Source: Eledone cirrhosa
Taxonomy: Eukaryota
Direction: 5' to 3'
DNA: 64,000 bases
Assembly (NCBI GenBank): GCA_964016885.1
Contig: OZ024743.1
Span: forward strand, 175,150,001-175,214,000
Shown here: one piece after another, positions 16,366 through 30,687 of the stretch
Position numbering within the stretch: the first letter of the stretch is position 1
Layout: each line of letters opens with the position of its first letter
Translations under genes and position numbers: made by a program
Notes under the pieces: model-generated
Told to the model about the DNA's origin: nothing
Database searches by the model: none
What the model saw: only the letters and a program-made list of their open reading frames with translations

Positions 16366-16860
16366 AAAAAGAGATGAAATCGAAAATGCAACTGGAGTCT
16401 TATTTAAAAAAAAATATATATATATTTAAAAATTTCATCTCTTTTTCTTTATACTCGTATAGGACACCTCGGTTATTTTTCAATTTGTAAAAAAAACCTC
16501 ACTTTCTAATATATATATATATATATGTAGAAGTTATACATAATTTGTTGGTATACAACAAGCAAAATATTTTTATAACTGATATAAAGCACTCAACAAA
16601 TTATTGGAGTAAATATAGAATATATTAATAACTGGAAACTATATTTATAAAACCACATTTATTTCATTATACATATTTCATCCAGGAGACTCCAACTGTG
16701 AAGGTTGCATTTTTTCAGTGTACGTCAATATTTATTTATAAAACTAATCTATATTATATTTTATCTAAAGAAAGCGCACCATAATCTACCTTGGTGGCCT
16801 TTGAAATATGTATAATGAAATAAATATGGTTTTATAAATATAGTTTCCATTTATTAATAT

Positions 16861-16961
<101 letters not shown>

Positions 16962-17520
16962 CAAATCTTCTGTTTATATATAAACATTCATTAGACATTA
17001 AAATATACATAGAAATGTAGATATCTGCGTGTGAGAGTGAGTATATGTGAGTGCTTAAGCTTGCACATATAAACATTCTTGGACGTGATTAGAGAGCGTT
17101 CGTGTACATGTGTGTTGGAGTCTATGAGTAGCACGTGTGTATGTGAAAGCAAGCGTGTGATATTCGTCTTCACAATTTTTGTTTCGATTGAATGAATGAG
17201 TGAGTAATTACGATAAATTTGGCGCTATAATTATAGTGCGTAGTGGCTGGTACGTTTCAAGTTCGCTTTAGTTTCCCAGGAGTTAGATACTAAAATAATG
17301 TTTATATTGATTTCATTGTGTTATCAGGGATAAATAGTGATATCCATGTATTTCATGTGATTTTCTTCTAAGATATTCAAGCTTGTTAACAATGCACAGA
17401 CGCAATTTGCTTAATATTGGGTATATATTTTAGTGCTGGTTCTGCAATAATGATGATAATAATCCTTTACAAATATCACGAACATACATTCTGCTTCATT
17501 GTCATTGTTATTTATATATT

Positions 17521-17523
<3 letters not shown>

Positions 17524-17552
<29 letters not shown>

Positions 17553-17718
17553 TGTATGTATGTATGTATGTATGTATGTATGTATGTATGTATGTATGTA
17601 TGTATGTATGTATGTATGTATGTATGTATGTATGTATGTATGCATGCATGCATGCATGCATGCATGTATGTATGTATGTATGTATGTATGTATGTATGTA
17701 TGTATGTATGTATGTATG
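17524..17718. repeat. (TATG)n tetranucleotide microsatellite
   Basis: Direct inspection. Confidence 0.95.
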
Positions 17719-17920
17719 CATTGATGTATGAATAATATATGCATATATATATAGACATATGCATGTATACACACACACACAAACACACACAAACATATAT
17801 ATATATTCATGTCTTTGTATGTGCGTATATAGATATATATATACACACACAGGAGAGTATATGAATATATTTTTATGTACGCGTCTGTATATATAACTAC
17901 ACACACACACACACACACAC

Positions 17921-18001
<81 letters not shown>

Positions 18002-18424
18002 CGCGTGTGTGCGTGTGTGTGTGTGTGTGTGTCAGTGTATGTGTGTGATAATATATTTATAAGTATGTGAGAAAGAAGGAAAGAGAGAGAGACATTGGAA
18101 GAGAGGCAGTGAAACGGAAAAAGATATATTGGTGAATTGATTTCCTTAGATTGGACACACATGAAACCACATATCATCCAAATTGCATATACATACATAT
18201 TTCCATACATACATACATATATATTCTCATACACACGCATACATACATATTCTCATACACACATACGTGCGCATATTTATAGACACACATATATGCACAT
18301 ATATTTATAGACACATGCACGCATAAACATGTACACAAATACACACTTTTCCTTATCTCTTTATATATTTATATATATATATATATGAAAAGTGTAAGTT
18401 TCTACACAAACGAAGGTTATAGTG

Positions 18425-18940
18425 AGGTTGGTAATGACACATGGAATATATAAGAGACAGAATACTTTTTTGTGAAAAAACATATAATTTTATAAGGTAA
18501 GGAAATAATAAAGGGTATAAAAAATGACCGGTTTCGATGGGACTGCAAAAGCCATCTTTTCAAATGTTGATTATTATTAAGAAAAATTAATAATAAGAAG
18601 AGTTAAAATTTGAGATTTGAAAATTCAAGTATAAAATTCATTGTGGGATTTCACAGTAGTTTTCATCTTGGTAGCAGCAAGTTGACTGCTGGGTGCCTTT
18701 CTGGTAGTGAATGAGAAGTTATTTGGGGGTGTGGGTTATTTTATAAAGGTCAAATTTAGCAATGGCCAGATGGCCAGCTGCTGGTCAGTGAGGGGGTGGA
18801 AGCAATATACATACATATATCTTCCTGTGGTAGGTAGGAGAGGGGAGAATGATAGAAAGGGATTTAGTGCACTTACACCTATATATATACACACATACCT
18901 TCATCCACACATACATACATATAGATATACATACACATAT

Positions 18941-18979
<39 letters not shown>

Positions 18980-19123
18980 AAAGTTTTATTTAAGATTGTT
19001 GGGTTACAACGAGTAAATATTTTGTCTGAGGAAGGCATAACATATTTTTAATATGATATCCCAGAAATATATATAATGAAATAAATATGGTTTTATAAAT
19101 ATAGTTTCCATTTGTTTAATATC

Positions 19124-19169
<46 letters not shown>

Positions 19170-19309
19170 ATACATATACACACGTACATACACACACACA
19201 TACATATATATACACACACACATACACACACACATATATGCACATACACACACATATATATATATATACACACATACATATATATACATACACATACATC
19301 CAGATACAC

Positions 19310-19365
<56 letters not shown>

Positions 19366-19624
19366 GTGTACATACACATATATACACACATATACATACA
19401 CATATATATACACACACACCCCCAATCTACATGAAGAACTCAATGTGATCAGAATGACTTGTATTTTAATTTCACTGTCCTAACTTCTTATATTATGGAA
19501 AAAATATATGTGTATGTATGTATATATATATATTTGGAGGCCATTTCTCTGTGTGTGGGTGTATGTATGTGTATATGTGTGTGTGTGTGTGTGTGTATGT
19601 GTGTGCATGTGGATGTATGTATTG

Positions 19625-19664
<40 letters not shown>

Positions 19665-19893
19665 TGTGTATGTGTATATATATGTGTGTGTGTGTGTTTG
19701 TATGTGTGTATGTATATATATGTGTGTGTGTGTATGTATGTGTGGGGGTGTGTGTGTATATATATGTGTATGTATATGTGTGTATATATGTGTATGTACA
19801 CATATATATGTGTGTGTATGTGCATATATGTATGTGTGTATGTGTGTGTGTATATATATGTATGTGTGTGTGTATGTACGTGTGTATATGTAT

Positions 19894-19973
<80 letters not shown>

Positions 19974-20485
19974 ATATGTGTATGTATATGTATATGTATG
20001 TATGTGAGGATGAAGGTATGTGTGTATATATAGGTGTAAGTGCACTAAATCCCTTTCTATCAATCTCCCCTCTCCTACCTACCACAGGAAGATATATGTA
20101 TGTATATTGCTTCAACCCCCTCACTGACCAGCAGCTGGCCATCTGGCCATTGCTAAATTTGACCTTTATAAAATAACCCACACCCCCAAATAACTTCTCA
20201 TTCACTACCAGAAAGGCACCCAGCAGTCAACTTGCTGCTACCAAGATGAAAACTACTATGAAATCCCACAATGAATTTTATACTTGAATTTTCAAATCTC
20301 AAATTTTAACTCTTCTTATTATCAATTTTTCTTAATATTAATCAACATTTGAAAAGATGGCTTTTGCAGTCCCATCGAAACCGGTCATTTTTTATACCCT
20401 TTATTATTTCCTTACCTTATAAAATTATGTTTTTTCACAAAAAAGTATTCTGTCTCTTATATATTCCATGTGCCATTACCAACCT
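18425..20485. mobile_element. Large fold-back of PLE-type 3' ends (family H)
   Basis: 18425-18960 is the near-identical reverse complement of about 19940-20485; both arms contain an HHR. Confidence 0.75.
20344..20391 (+). ncRNA. Type I HHR, U3-A8 variant (inverted twin at 18521-18568)
   Basis: AACAT-TTGAAAA-GATGG..CCATC-GAAA-CCGG-TC^-ATTTT; palindromic ACCGGT stem III; one stem I mismatch. Confidence 0.65.
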
Positions 20486-20527
20486 CAATTTTCTCTCTCT
20501 CTCTCTCTATATATATATGTATATATG

Positions 20528-20639
<112 letters not shown>

Positions 20640-20727
20640 AATATATATATATATGTATATATGTATATGTATATATGTATATATATATATATGTATATAT
20701 ATATGTATAGATATGTAAATATATATG

Positions 20728-20759
<32 letters not shown>

Positions 20760-20779
20760 TGTATATATATGTATATATG

Positions 20780-20810
<31 letters not shown>

Positions 20811-20819
20811 GTATATATG

Positions 20820-20874
<55 letters not shown>

Positions 20875-20883
20875 GTATATATG

Positions 20884-20916
<33 letters not shown>

Positions 20917-20925
20917 GTATATATG

Positions 20926-20997
<72 letters not shown>

Positions 20998-21109
20998 TAT
21001 ATATATATGTATATATGTATATGTATATATGTATATATATATATGTATATATATATATATGTATATATATATATGTATATATATATGTATATATATATGT
21101 ATATATATG

Positions 21110-21157
<48 letters not shown>

Positions 21158-21287
21158 TGTATATATGTATATATATATATGTATATATATATGTATATAT
21201 ATATATATGTAAATATATATGTATATATATACATGTATATATATGTAGATATGTATATATATATATATATGTGTATATATATATATG

Positions 21288-21346
<59 letters not shown>

Positions 21347-21944
21347 GTATATATATATATATGTATATATATATATGTATATATATATGTATAAAAATCA
21401 TAATGATAATCCGAAGGCAAGGTAAAATTCCAATCATTTAATCACGACACATGTTTCAATAAGAGATTATCACTGATCTCATCAGGTGAAAATGAATTGT
21501 CTTCAAATTCTCGATATGAGGGAGAACAAATAACGATATTCTCTCACATAATTCATTCCCTCATATGGAGACACACCAGTCAGTCAGAGACAGGGCGACT
21601 GCTATTAGCCTCAGTTGAAGTCCTAAAAGTTTTCAGATTTCTATCGAGATCAGTGATAATCGATCATGGCTTCACAATCGATCTATCTCTTATTGAAACA
21701 TGTGTCGTGATTAAATGATTGGAATTTTACCTTGCCTTCGGATTTTCATTTTGATACTTATTCTCCGTTTTACATCATCTAGCTGTTCTCTAGAATGGAA
21801 TTGGAGATATACAAAAGCGTGGAGAACTTAATATTGCTAACATAAAGATATTGGACCATTTTACACAACCAATAATGCACCTTACTATATAACAACTTAA
21901 AGCTCCTATTTTTGTTGAGCACTTAATGCTGTTAAGCAAGGAAT

Positions 21945-24880
21945 ATGATGGAGAAATTCTCGGTGAACTCTTCACTTAAGGACATCCCTTTGCCCAACAT
22001 AAAAGAATTCACAAGGTTGGCCATAGGTAAATCGGATTGCTTTGTCCGTAGAATGCGTTGGAAGGCCTTTCACTTCGACAGAGGAACACCAACAAACCAC
22101 CCCATGGAGGGAACGCGCGGCATCGAGGAAATATTCAAATCCAGAAGAAATCCACCACACAATAAATACTTGGAGGAATTCGAGACTGAAATGTCTAACA
22201 TAGTGTCCAACCTTAAGTTTAGGAAAAACCCACTCAGGAGAAAAAGTTACCCGAGACGACTGAATGGTGATCTAGTAAAATTAAAGAACTCGACCGGCAT
22301 TTTAGTGCACGCAGACAAGACTAACAACCTGTACGATATGGATAGAGTAACTTATGATGATTTGATAACCAGAGAAGTTAGGAAAAGCTACAGAAAAACT
22401 ACACGGGCCAACCTGGATTTAATTAACACGGAGGCCAATAGCGTCATGATTAAACTGGGTGTTGAGGATAAAACCGAACCCTTCCATCCTAGAACCCCGA
22501 GGATTTTTCTGTAGGACCACAAATTGAACTTTGAATAATTGTTTCTACTTTTGGCACAAGGCCAGCAATTACCCAGTGCATTACTGGTACTTTATTTTAT
22601 CGACCACGTAAGGATGAAAGGAAAAGTCAACCTCGGCGGGATTTGAACTCAGATCGTAAAGGGACGTAACTATGCTGGAAAACATGGCGTCCGACCCTCT
22701 ACCGATACTGCCAATCCACCGCCCTATGAATAATTAAGCCCTGTCAGGCTTATAGCCCCTTCGAAGTCGGACATAGGAATCGTAAGTAAAAACATCCTTG
22801 ATAAAATAATCCCCACTCTAGTTAGGAGATCGAAGCTCAAGTTGTGGTCAGGAACTAGTGAGATAATTGACTGGTTTGAAAAATCGCAGAATAAGAATAG
22901 CACTAAGTTTATACAGTTCGATATCTCTAATTACTACTCTTAAATCTCTCCAACTCTTCTAGGTAGGGCCCTTAACTTTGCTAGCTTACACACCGACCTT
23001 ACATCCGAGGAAATTACCATTATTCTCCTAGCTAGGAAAACCTTAATTGAATTCAACGGTGATCTGTGGACTAGGAAGGATTGGCCAGACAATTTCGACA
23101 TCACCATGGGATCCACGGACTCGTCCCAGGTGACGGATCTGGTGGGCCTTTACCTCCTTGACTGTCTCGGAGCGGAAATGCCCCACCTGGGAGGCGGCGC
23201 TTAGCGTGACGACGTCTTGTTTACTGTGTCGTTCCATAATAATAGTATGGTAGAGAGGGTGAGGAAACAACTTAGCAAATTCTTCAAGAGCATAGACCTA
23301 AGTATAGTATTTGAAGAGAATTTAAAGATAGTTAATTTTCTAGATGTTACACTAACCTCAATTCAGGACTCTTCCAACCTTACCACAAACCCAACGAGAA
23401 TCTAAACTATGTCAACGCAAAATCGAACCACCCTAGAATAGTCACTAACGGTATTACCAAAAGCGTCTCTAGTAGAATTTCAGGACTATCTTCCAATGAA
23501 GATACCTTTAAAAATATCTCGAATTACTATAATAGCGCCCTGGAACGCGCAGGGCATAGCGAGGGAATCTCATTCAAATGTCCATTAAATAGTAGAAGTA
23601 ACATTGCCCGCGTTAGCTTAGGCCTAAATAGTGACACTCTAGTTAACAGCAGGCATGATACGAGGGAGGATTCATATAGTCTTCCTGTTGTACTGCCGCC
23701 TAGTCCCAATGCTGTTGGTACTAATAGAAACAGCCACCCAGGTACTAACACTGGGTCTGAGCAACGTAACGCCAGCGGAAACTCTAATGGTAACCTTAAT
23801 TGTGGAACCGATAAACCTACCGTGGCACGCAGTATGGAACGAGGGTCGAGTAAGGGGAATAGGGACAGGTGTAGCAGACGCATAGTGGATACAACCCCGG
23901 CTATCGAGGGTAACCCCAATGGCCGCACGGGGGGGTACACCGCCCTGGAGACTTGGGACGATTCCGAACACAATCGTGACACCCCATGACACCATCGACC
24001 CACAGGTAATTTCCAGTTACAATAGACCAGTAACTACTAGGGAGACAGGTAACTCTAATATAGTTAGTGGGAACAAGAGGCATCGGACCAGAAAAATCCT
24101 GTGGTATAATCCCCCTTACTCATCTGGCCTGACCACTACTATAGCTAACCTTTTCTTTAGGGCCTTAGACAAATGCTTCCCTAGATCGCACAGATATTAT
24201 AAAATATTCAATAGAAATACCATGAAGCTGCCCTACTCAACAACTAGTAACATAGCTCAGAATATAGCTAAGATGAATTATAGTAGACTTAGGACAGCCA
24301 ATGAGGGAATTAGGCATGGCAGGAACAATGGCAGCTCTATTGAGGAACTGACTCATACACGTGAGGCGAGTCCGGTCTCCCCAACCCCAGGGAATTTACC
24401 CATAGAGCAGACTGGAACTGAGACCCGACCCCAAATGTACCGTAGTCCATCTGGAACTACCCAGATCGATAGCAAAAAATGTAACTGCAGAAGCACCGCC
24501 ACCTGCCCGATGGCTGGGAAATGCCTTACCAAAAATATAGTCTACGACTGTAAGGTCTCCACTCCTGATAGAACCTTTAGGTATGTTGGGGCAACTGCCA
24601 CGGATTTAAGGATATATGGTATAATCACCGCCATACCTTTAATAGATTAGATGAAAAAAATAGCACGGCACTTTCGGAATTAGTCTGGAAGCTTAAACAT
24701 CAGAATATAGAGCACTCCTTATCCTGGTCCATAGTTTGCTCAGCCCAACCTTATAACCGCAGCACTGGCGTCTGAAATTTATGTATAGCTGAAACTTTTA
24801 ATATTATTAGAGGCGGCCCCCTATTAATTAAATAGGAGAGCAGATTTTTTTCAGCAACTGTCAACATAGAACCTCGAAAA
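21945..24880 (+). pseudogene. PLE RT plus GIY-YIG polyprotein with stops, frameshifts and a SINE insertion
   Basis: SLKDIPLP, RMRWKAFHF, ADKTNNLY, QFDISNYY, MGSxD, GLxRDD, VNFLDVTL, SNHP, WYNPPYS, CNCRSTATCPMAGKC, IVY..YVG. Confidence 0.9.
22541..22724 (-). mobile_element. tRNA-derived SINE inserted in the PLE ORF
   Basis: A box TGGCAGTATCGG and B box GTTCAAATCC on minus strand; TSD TGAATAATT at 22532-22540 and 22727-22735; multiple copies in the window. Confidence 0.85.
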
Positions 24881-26262
24881 CCTTCCGCAGGATTTTTGGA
24901 TGGTAACCTACCAATAACTCCTCCCTCTCTACTTTAGCCATAGTTTTCTCAATAAACGGACAGTCACACACTTAGGTAGTTAGACGGCTAAGATTGTTTG
25001 CGCACTTGCAAACGATACTCGGCCTGTTTCCACGGAGTTCTCACAGCTGAGTGCTCTCTTTTAGAATACCTAGCTAGTAAATAGTTAGATTGATTACACA
25101 CTTAGTTAGGACCGATTACGCTCTCTATACATAGCTCTACACACAGTACCCGTTTCCTTTAGACATTGAGCTCTAACATTTACGAATGTCACGTTCCTAC
25201 CGACTGAACACTACACCAGGTTTTGATGCGTGAACATGTAACCATGGAGGACTCACTGTTACGGATTGAACAATAATACTGACACACCATTAATGGGCCT
25301 ACACACATCCTTTGGATTTTACTGTCCTGTGTTTTCTTACTTCACCTTCTGTGTTGGATAACACACCTCCACCACTCACACAGCTATCTTAAAAGCTCAT
25401 TAGCCCATGTGACGGGAAATCGCACTTGCGGACGCATTTACCCAATACCCAACCCTACACGGAGCCCTTTGCCGGCCTACATTGCAGTTGCTTGCAAGCA
25501 CAGATTTGATGACACGGATTCTCAATGGGACAGCAGTACACAAGGAGTTCGACATGAGCTGATTGCTTGCTCTTCACATGGATGTGTATATACCCGGACA
25601 TACCCTTTTTTTCGACGATTCGGATGTGTATATACCATAACATACACTTCAAGATATGGATGTTGCAATTCGATCTATACACGTATAGCAGAACACTGAA
25701 CTGAACTTACTTGCGCGCGCGTGTGTGTGTGTGTGTGTGTATGTGTGGGGCGTTGGTTAACCCAATATTTCCAATTTACATCGTCAAATTGAGATTTGAC
25801 CAACATCGCTTCTGTTGCTTCGTGAACTAACTTTCGGTGAGTGCTGTGTTGGTACATTCTTATATTTGTTTTATTATATTTGTTATTTTTCTCGGACTTC
25901 GCTTCGGTGTGTCTGAAAGTGTGTGTGTACCCACCCACGCTAATTCTACGGGTTTAATACTGTGTTAATGTGTGTGTATATATATGTATATATTTTTCTT
26001 TGACCTTGAGCCGATGTATGTGGGTGTGGAGTGTGTGTGTACCCACTCACTTTTAACTGTGACTGACTGTATCCCTACAGATTTGATTGATGTCCAGCGT
26101 CTTTTGCAGCGATAGCAATCTGAAAACCTTTATGACCTCAACTGAGGCTAATAGCAGTCGCCATGTCTCTGACTGGTGTGTCTTCATATGAGGGAATGAA
26201 TTCTGTGAGAGAACATCGTTATTTTTTTTCCCTCATATCAAGAATTTGAAGACAATTCATTT

Positions 26263-26336
26263 TCACCTGATGAGATCAGTGATAATCGATCATGGCTTCA
26301 CAATCGATCTATCTCTTATTGAAACATGTGTCGTGA
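26263..26336 (+). ncRNA. Type I HHR in PLE pLTR, long irregular stem II
   Basis: TCAC-CTGATGA-[47 nt]-GAAA-CATGTG-TC^-GTGA; twin with shortened stem II at 21442-21489 (-). Confidence 0.7.
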
Positions 26337-26536
26337 TTAAATGATTGGAATTTTACCTTGCCTTCGGATTTTCATTTTGATACTTATACTCCCTTTTACA
26401 TCATCTAGCTGTTCCCTCGATCGAATGGAATTGGAGATATACAAAAGCGTGGAGAACTTAATATTGCTAACATAAAGATATTGGACCATTTTACACAACC
26501 AATAATGCATCTTACTATATAACAACTATATATATG

Positions 26537-26862
<326 letters not shown>

Positions 26863-26880
26863 ATATATATATATATATAC

Positions 26881-26932
<52 letters not shown>

Positions 26933-27204
26933 AGAGAGAGAGAGAGAGAGGGAGCGAGAGAGAGAATGGCAGAGAAAGATATACATATAGACATAGATAG
27001 ATTTCTTTATTTACCATAAAGGCATAAAAAGAAGGGACAAATACAAAGGGGGAGTTTACATATAATCGAGTAAAAAGGGTGTAACATGAAAATAATCGAA
27101 AATAACCTCAAAAGGGAGGGGACGTGATGGGGGTTGCACACACCCCCGAAAAAGTGTGCAATCCTTTGCCCGGGGAGCACATGGAGAAGGTGCTCCCCTC
27201 TCCT

Positions 27205-30200
27205 TTACTTCTTTACCCACAGGATGGTATACAGAGAAGGCCCATTTACACGAGCCATTCTCGCCACTATCACCCACCTTTCATAAAACTGCCTGTGGCC
27301 AAGCACCTCTCTCTCCATTCTTATCCTTCTTCCGAAGTGATATCGGAAGAAGTAGACCAGACTATGGCCAGAGAGGAAGTTGCCTGACCTCAGACCTTTC
27401 AATCGTGTCCACCAAACAACCTCTTTCAACATGGCTATTACGCACAGAAAAACCGCCTTTGCTTCCTTTATGAAGAGGGGAGGCGGTTTGATTGTCATCA
27501 CGGACTCGGCGGTCAATTTAATCGGCGCCACCCGCGACAGCAGTTGTTCGGCGTAGCCCCACAGATCAGCCACGCCCGGACATTGCACCAATGCGTGCGC
27601 TACGGTTTCTTCGTGACGCACGCATCTAGGGCAAATCTTTTTTGAGGGATCCCTGCCCGGGCGCCCGTGTCTGTAGAGCCTCTCTCGAACGGGTAGAGCC
27701 CCTCGGTAGCACTGCCAGGCCAGTGACTTCTGGAAGTTGTCCATTGGTCCTGGGCCGAAAGTCCTACCAAACAGGCTGGCCAGTTCGTCTTCTTCCATGT
27801 CCAGCGACTCTCCAAGGGTGTCATCGCCCCTGCTAGCCACCAGCCCTCTATAGAATGATGAGGTGGATTCTCCACCGATGGTCCGGCCCGCTTGCCAGAG
27901 AGCCCTGAGCGCCTGAGCACACTCAGTGTGCCAGTCTCCCAGTTTTCCGGATCTTTGCTTGACCCAGGACTGTAGCTCGGTGAGTGAGACGAGTCTCGGA
28001 AAGGCTCGTTTCACGAACGGAGCCCACACCGGTTGACCAGTGAGGAATACCTGTAGGTGCCGTAGCCTTAATGCGTGCCTACGCATCATCAACCACGGCA
28101 TCCCCAGCCCTCCTTTCGAAGGTTGTTGGCAGCAGATGGATCTTCTCACCATAGGAGGACGCTTCTTCCAAAGAAATTGGAAGAGCATGCGTTCCATGGT
28201 GGTGAGTGTTTCCTTAGGGCAAGGCACGACAGTCAGGCGGTAGTAAGTGACGGACGCTATGTAAATGTTCGCCACCTCCGCCCGGCCTTTTAGGGACAGC
28301 TTACACTTGGCCCATTTCTGGGTTAGTGCAAACACCTTGTTCGTAACCTCGTTCCAGTTCTTTTCCACCTGGAGGTCCGGTCCAAACCAGACCCCAAGCA
28401 ACTTTACCGGGCCCTCCGTCCAGTGTCCGACGACACCGTCGGGAGGCATCGGTCTGCCTCTCCACGTTCCGAGTTGCAGCCCGATGGATTTTTCCCGGTT
28501 CAGTTTCGCTCCTGACAACCTTTCGTACTCCTCCAGTAAGGTACCGATCGCCTCGATCTCCGAGTCGGTTGATACCATTACTGTTACGTCATCGGCGTAG
28601 GCCGACACCGCTTTGCTCAATCCTGGTTCCAGGGGGATACCCTGCAACAACTCCAACTTCCTCAGTAAAGGCTCGAGAGTCAATACGTACAGAAGGGAGG
28701 AGAGAGGGCACCCCTGTCGAATGGATCGTGTGATTTCGAACGGCTTCGAAAGGTAGCCGTTCACCTTGATCCTAGAACAGATGTGGTTGCTATGTAGGGC
28801 AGTGATCCAGCCTCTGAAAACAGGACCGAACCCAGCCGCCGCTAGCACCGCATCCAGGTAACCATGGTCGACCCTATCGAAGGCCTTAGACTGATCCAAG
28901 TTGATCAGGGCCCCACCGAAGCCGGGTTTGTTGCCAACCCTCTCTATGATGTATCGCATGAGGTGGAGGTTATCGTGAATGGACCTGGATGGGATAGCAC
29001 ATGTCTGCGCATCTCCCACCAGGCCACCCACGACAAGCGCCAACCTCTTTGCTAACACCTTGGCCAAAATCTTTAACTCTGTGTTTAGCAGGGTTATGGG
29101 CCGAAAATTATTTATACTATCCCCCTTGTTCTCGTCCTTCCTCACCAGCGTGACTACGCCCTTGGCTACAGAACAAGGAATTCTCCCGTTCTGCTGCCAA
29201 TTGCAGTAGACCGCTTCGAGGAGTTCGGAGAAGAAGACCGGCATTGCTAAATAAAGTTCGTAAGGTATACCATCGAGACCTGGAGATTTGCGTCTGCTGC
29301 ATTGGCTCAGCGCATCTCCGATCTCATCAGCCGAGATTGGTCCCTCGCAGGACTCCGCCTCTTTGTTCGAGAGACGCGGCAGGCCGTCGAGGTATGGACC
29401 GAAATCCACGCCCCGGCCCGGACCCTCGCCTCCCCCGAACAATCGGGCAAAGTGCTTTTGAAAGGCCTCGCACATCTGCTTAGGCTCCCGGATCACTCGT
29501 CCATCTTCGTCTTGCAACGACCGGATGGTGGATCGATTTCCACTTTTAGCTTCTGTCACGCGGGCCCATCCAACGGCTTTGGCCCCCTCATTACCTAGAG
29601 CACGTATTTTACTTCGAATGACGCAGCCTTCATGCTTTGCATCGAAAAACTGGTTCAAGGCCGTCCTCGATGCCAGCACTCTGGCCACATCTTCGCTCTT
29701 GATTGCCTCTTCTAATTTACCTGTTAATTCTTTCTCGTTTCTATTCCTATTGGCAGCTAACATCTTGCTATAACTTATTGATTCTGTTCTAATCTCTCTT
29801 TTGAGAGATGCCCACCATCGGTTGTTGACGATTGCACCCGTCAACCTCTCCTTAACTAATCTGCTAATCCGGTTTCTGTAAGTCTCTTTTGCCGGTAAAG
29901 ACAAATTAAGTTTCCAGTAACCGGGACCCTGTCTATGTGTTTTCTCGAGATTGACCACGCAGGTCACTAATTTGTGATCCGTGTAGCCAACCGTGCGCAT
30001 TTCTGGACAGCTTAATATGTCCCTATCCTTACTTCTAACTAAGAATCTATCTAAGTACGATCTAGATTGACCACTGTGGTTTCTCCAAGTCCAGGTAGGC
30101 ACAGTTGGAAAATCTAGTCGATATCTATCGACCAAGTTAAAACGGTCGAGTAACCCCTTGAGGCTGTTACACCCCCCTCTATTAGGACATGCTCCTGCAT

Positions 30201-30654
30201 AGTCCCAACGTGCATCTAGGATGTCATTCCAATCCCCCGCTAGAAGCAGGGAACGCGACGTTCCCAGAAAAGTCTCCAAACGCTGGAAGAAGTCGGGCCG
30301 TTCAGCTCCGAAAGGGGAGTAGACGGCGACCAGTCTCAAGGCCGCACTTTTACTACTGCCAACGTCTAGCACCAACAAACGACCCTCCGGGTCCGAGTGC
30401 ACAACCTGTACGGCAAGACCCAGGTGTTTTTGCAGCAGCACGACAACCCCACCCCCACCTCCAGGTTGACAGAGAGATGCATGCACCTCAAAGTCATCGA
30501 AGGTGGGGGCCAGCTGCCGCATGACGCTGATTCGAGTCTCACAGATAACCATTACATTTATACTACATGACCTGAGGTCATTTAGAAGCTTTGCTTGCTT
30601 CCAAGTTGAGCCCAGGCCACGTGCATTCAAACATCCTACTCTTAACACATCCAT
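27205..30654 (-). CDS. ORF2: APE endonuclease, reverse transcriptase, C-terminal zinc finger
   Basis: LNARGL, CETR, GDWN, LDRF, TDH; PGLDG, FRPITLLN, DQSKAFDRVDH, RQGCPLS, YADD, LLGV; CPRC..ETVAHALVQC. Confidence 0.95.
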   Translation of the reverse strand: MDVLRVGCLNARGLGSTWKQAKLLNDLRSCSINVMVICETRISVMRQLAPTFDDFEVHASLCQPGGGGGVVVLLQKHLGLAVQVVHSDPEGRLLVLDVGSSKSAALRLVAVYSPFGAERPDFFQRLETFLGTSRSLLLAGDWNDILDARWDYAGACPNRGGCNSLKGLLDRFNLVDRYRLDFPTVPTWTWRNHSGQSRSYLDRFLVRSKDRDILSCPEMRTVGYTDHKLVTCVVNLEKTHRQGPGYWKLNLSLPAKETYRNRISRLVKERLTGAIVNNRWWASLKREIRTESISYSKMLAANRNRNEKELTGKLEEAIKSEDVARVLASRTALNQFFDAKHEGCVIRSKIRALGNEGAKAVGWARVTEAKSGNRSTIRSLQDEDGRVIREPKQMCEAFQKHFARLFGGGEGPGRGVDFGPYLDGLPRLSNKEAESCEGPISADEIGDALSQCSRRKSPGLDGIPYELYLAMPVFFSELLEAVYCNWQQNGRIPCSVAKGVVTLVRKDENKGDSINNFRPITLLNTELKILAKVLAKRLALVVGGLVGDAQTCAIPSRSIHDNLHLMRYIIERVGNKPGFGGALINLDQSKAFDRVDHGYLDAVLAAAGFGPVFRGWITALHSNHICSRIKVNGYLSKPFEITRSIRQGCPLSSLLYVLTLEPLLRKLELLQGIPLEPGLSKAVSAYADDVTVMVSTDSEIEAIGTLLEEYERLSGAKLNREKSIGLQLGTWRGRPMPPDGVVGHWTEGPVKLLGVWFGPDLQVEKNWNEVTNKVFALTQKWAKCKLSLKGRAEVANIYIASVTYYRLTVVPCPKETLTTMERMLFQFLWKKRPPMVRRSICCQQPSKGGLGMPWLMMRRHALRLRHLQVFLTGQPVWAPFVKRAFPRLVSLTELQSWVKQRSGKLGDWHTECAQALRALWQAGRTIGGESTSSFYRGLVASRGDDTLGESLDMEEDELASLFGRTFGPGPMDNFQKSLAWQCYRGALPVRERLYRHGRPGRDPSKKICPRCVRHEETVAHALVQCPGVADLWGYAEQLLSRVAPIKLTAESVMTIKPPPLFIKEAKAVFLCVIAMLKEVVWWTRLKGLRSGNFLSGHSLVYFFRYHFGRRIRMEREVLGHRQFYERWVIVARMARVNGPSLYTILWVKK

Positions 30655-30687
30655 GTGGGCGGCAGAGCCAAAGGAGAGTGTAGAGAC

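Larger units (their letters stand above)
21405..26527 (+). mobile_element. Full-length decayed PLE (Hydra-like) with direct and inverted pseudo-LTRs in (TA)n
   Basis: Inverted pLTR about 21405-21640; direct pLTR 21645-21897 matches 26271-26527; single RT-EN frame; (TA)n-rich DNA on both sides. Confidence 0.9.

Noticed and set aside
24770-24790. In-frame TGA at the first Cys of CxxC in the PLE endonuclease (possible selenocysteine, as in some Naiad PLEs)
   Set aside because: The same ORF has TAG and TAA stops and frameshifts; family D has ordinary Cys here; no SECIS identified. Point mutation is simpler.
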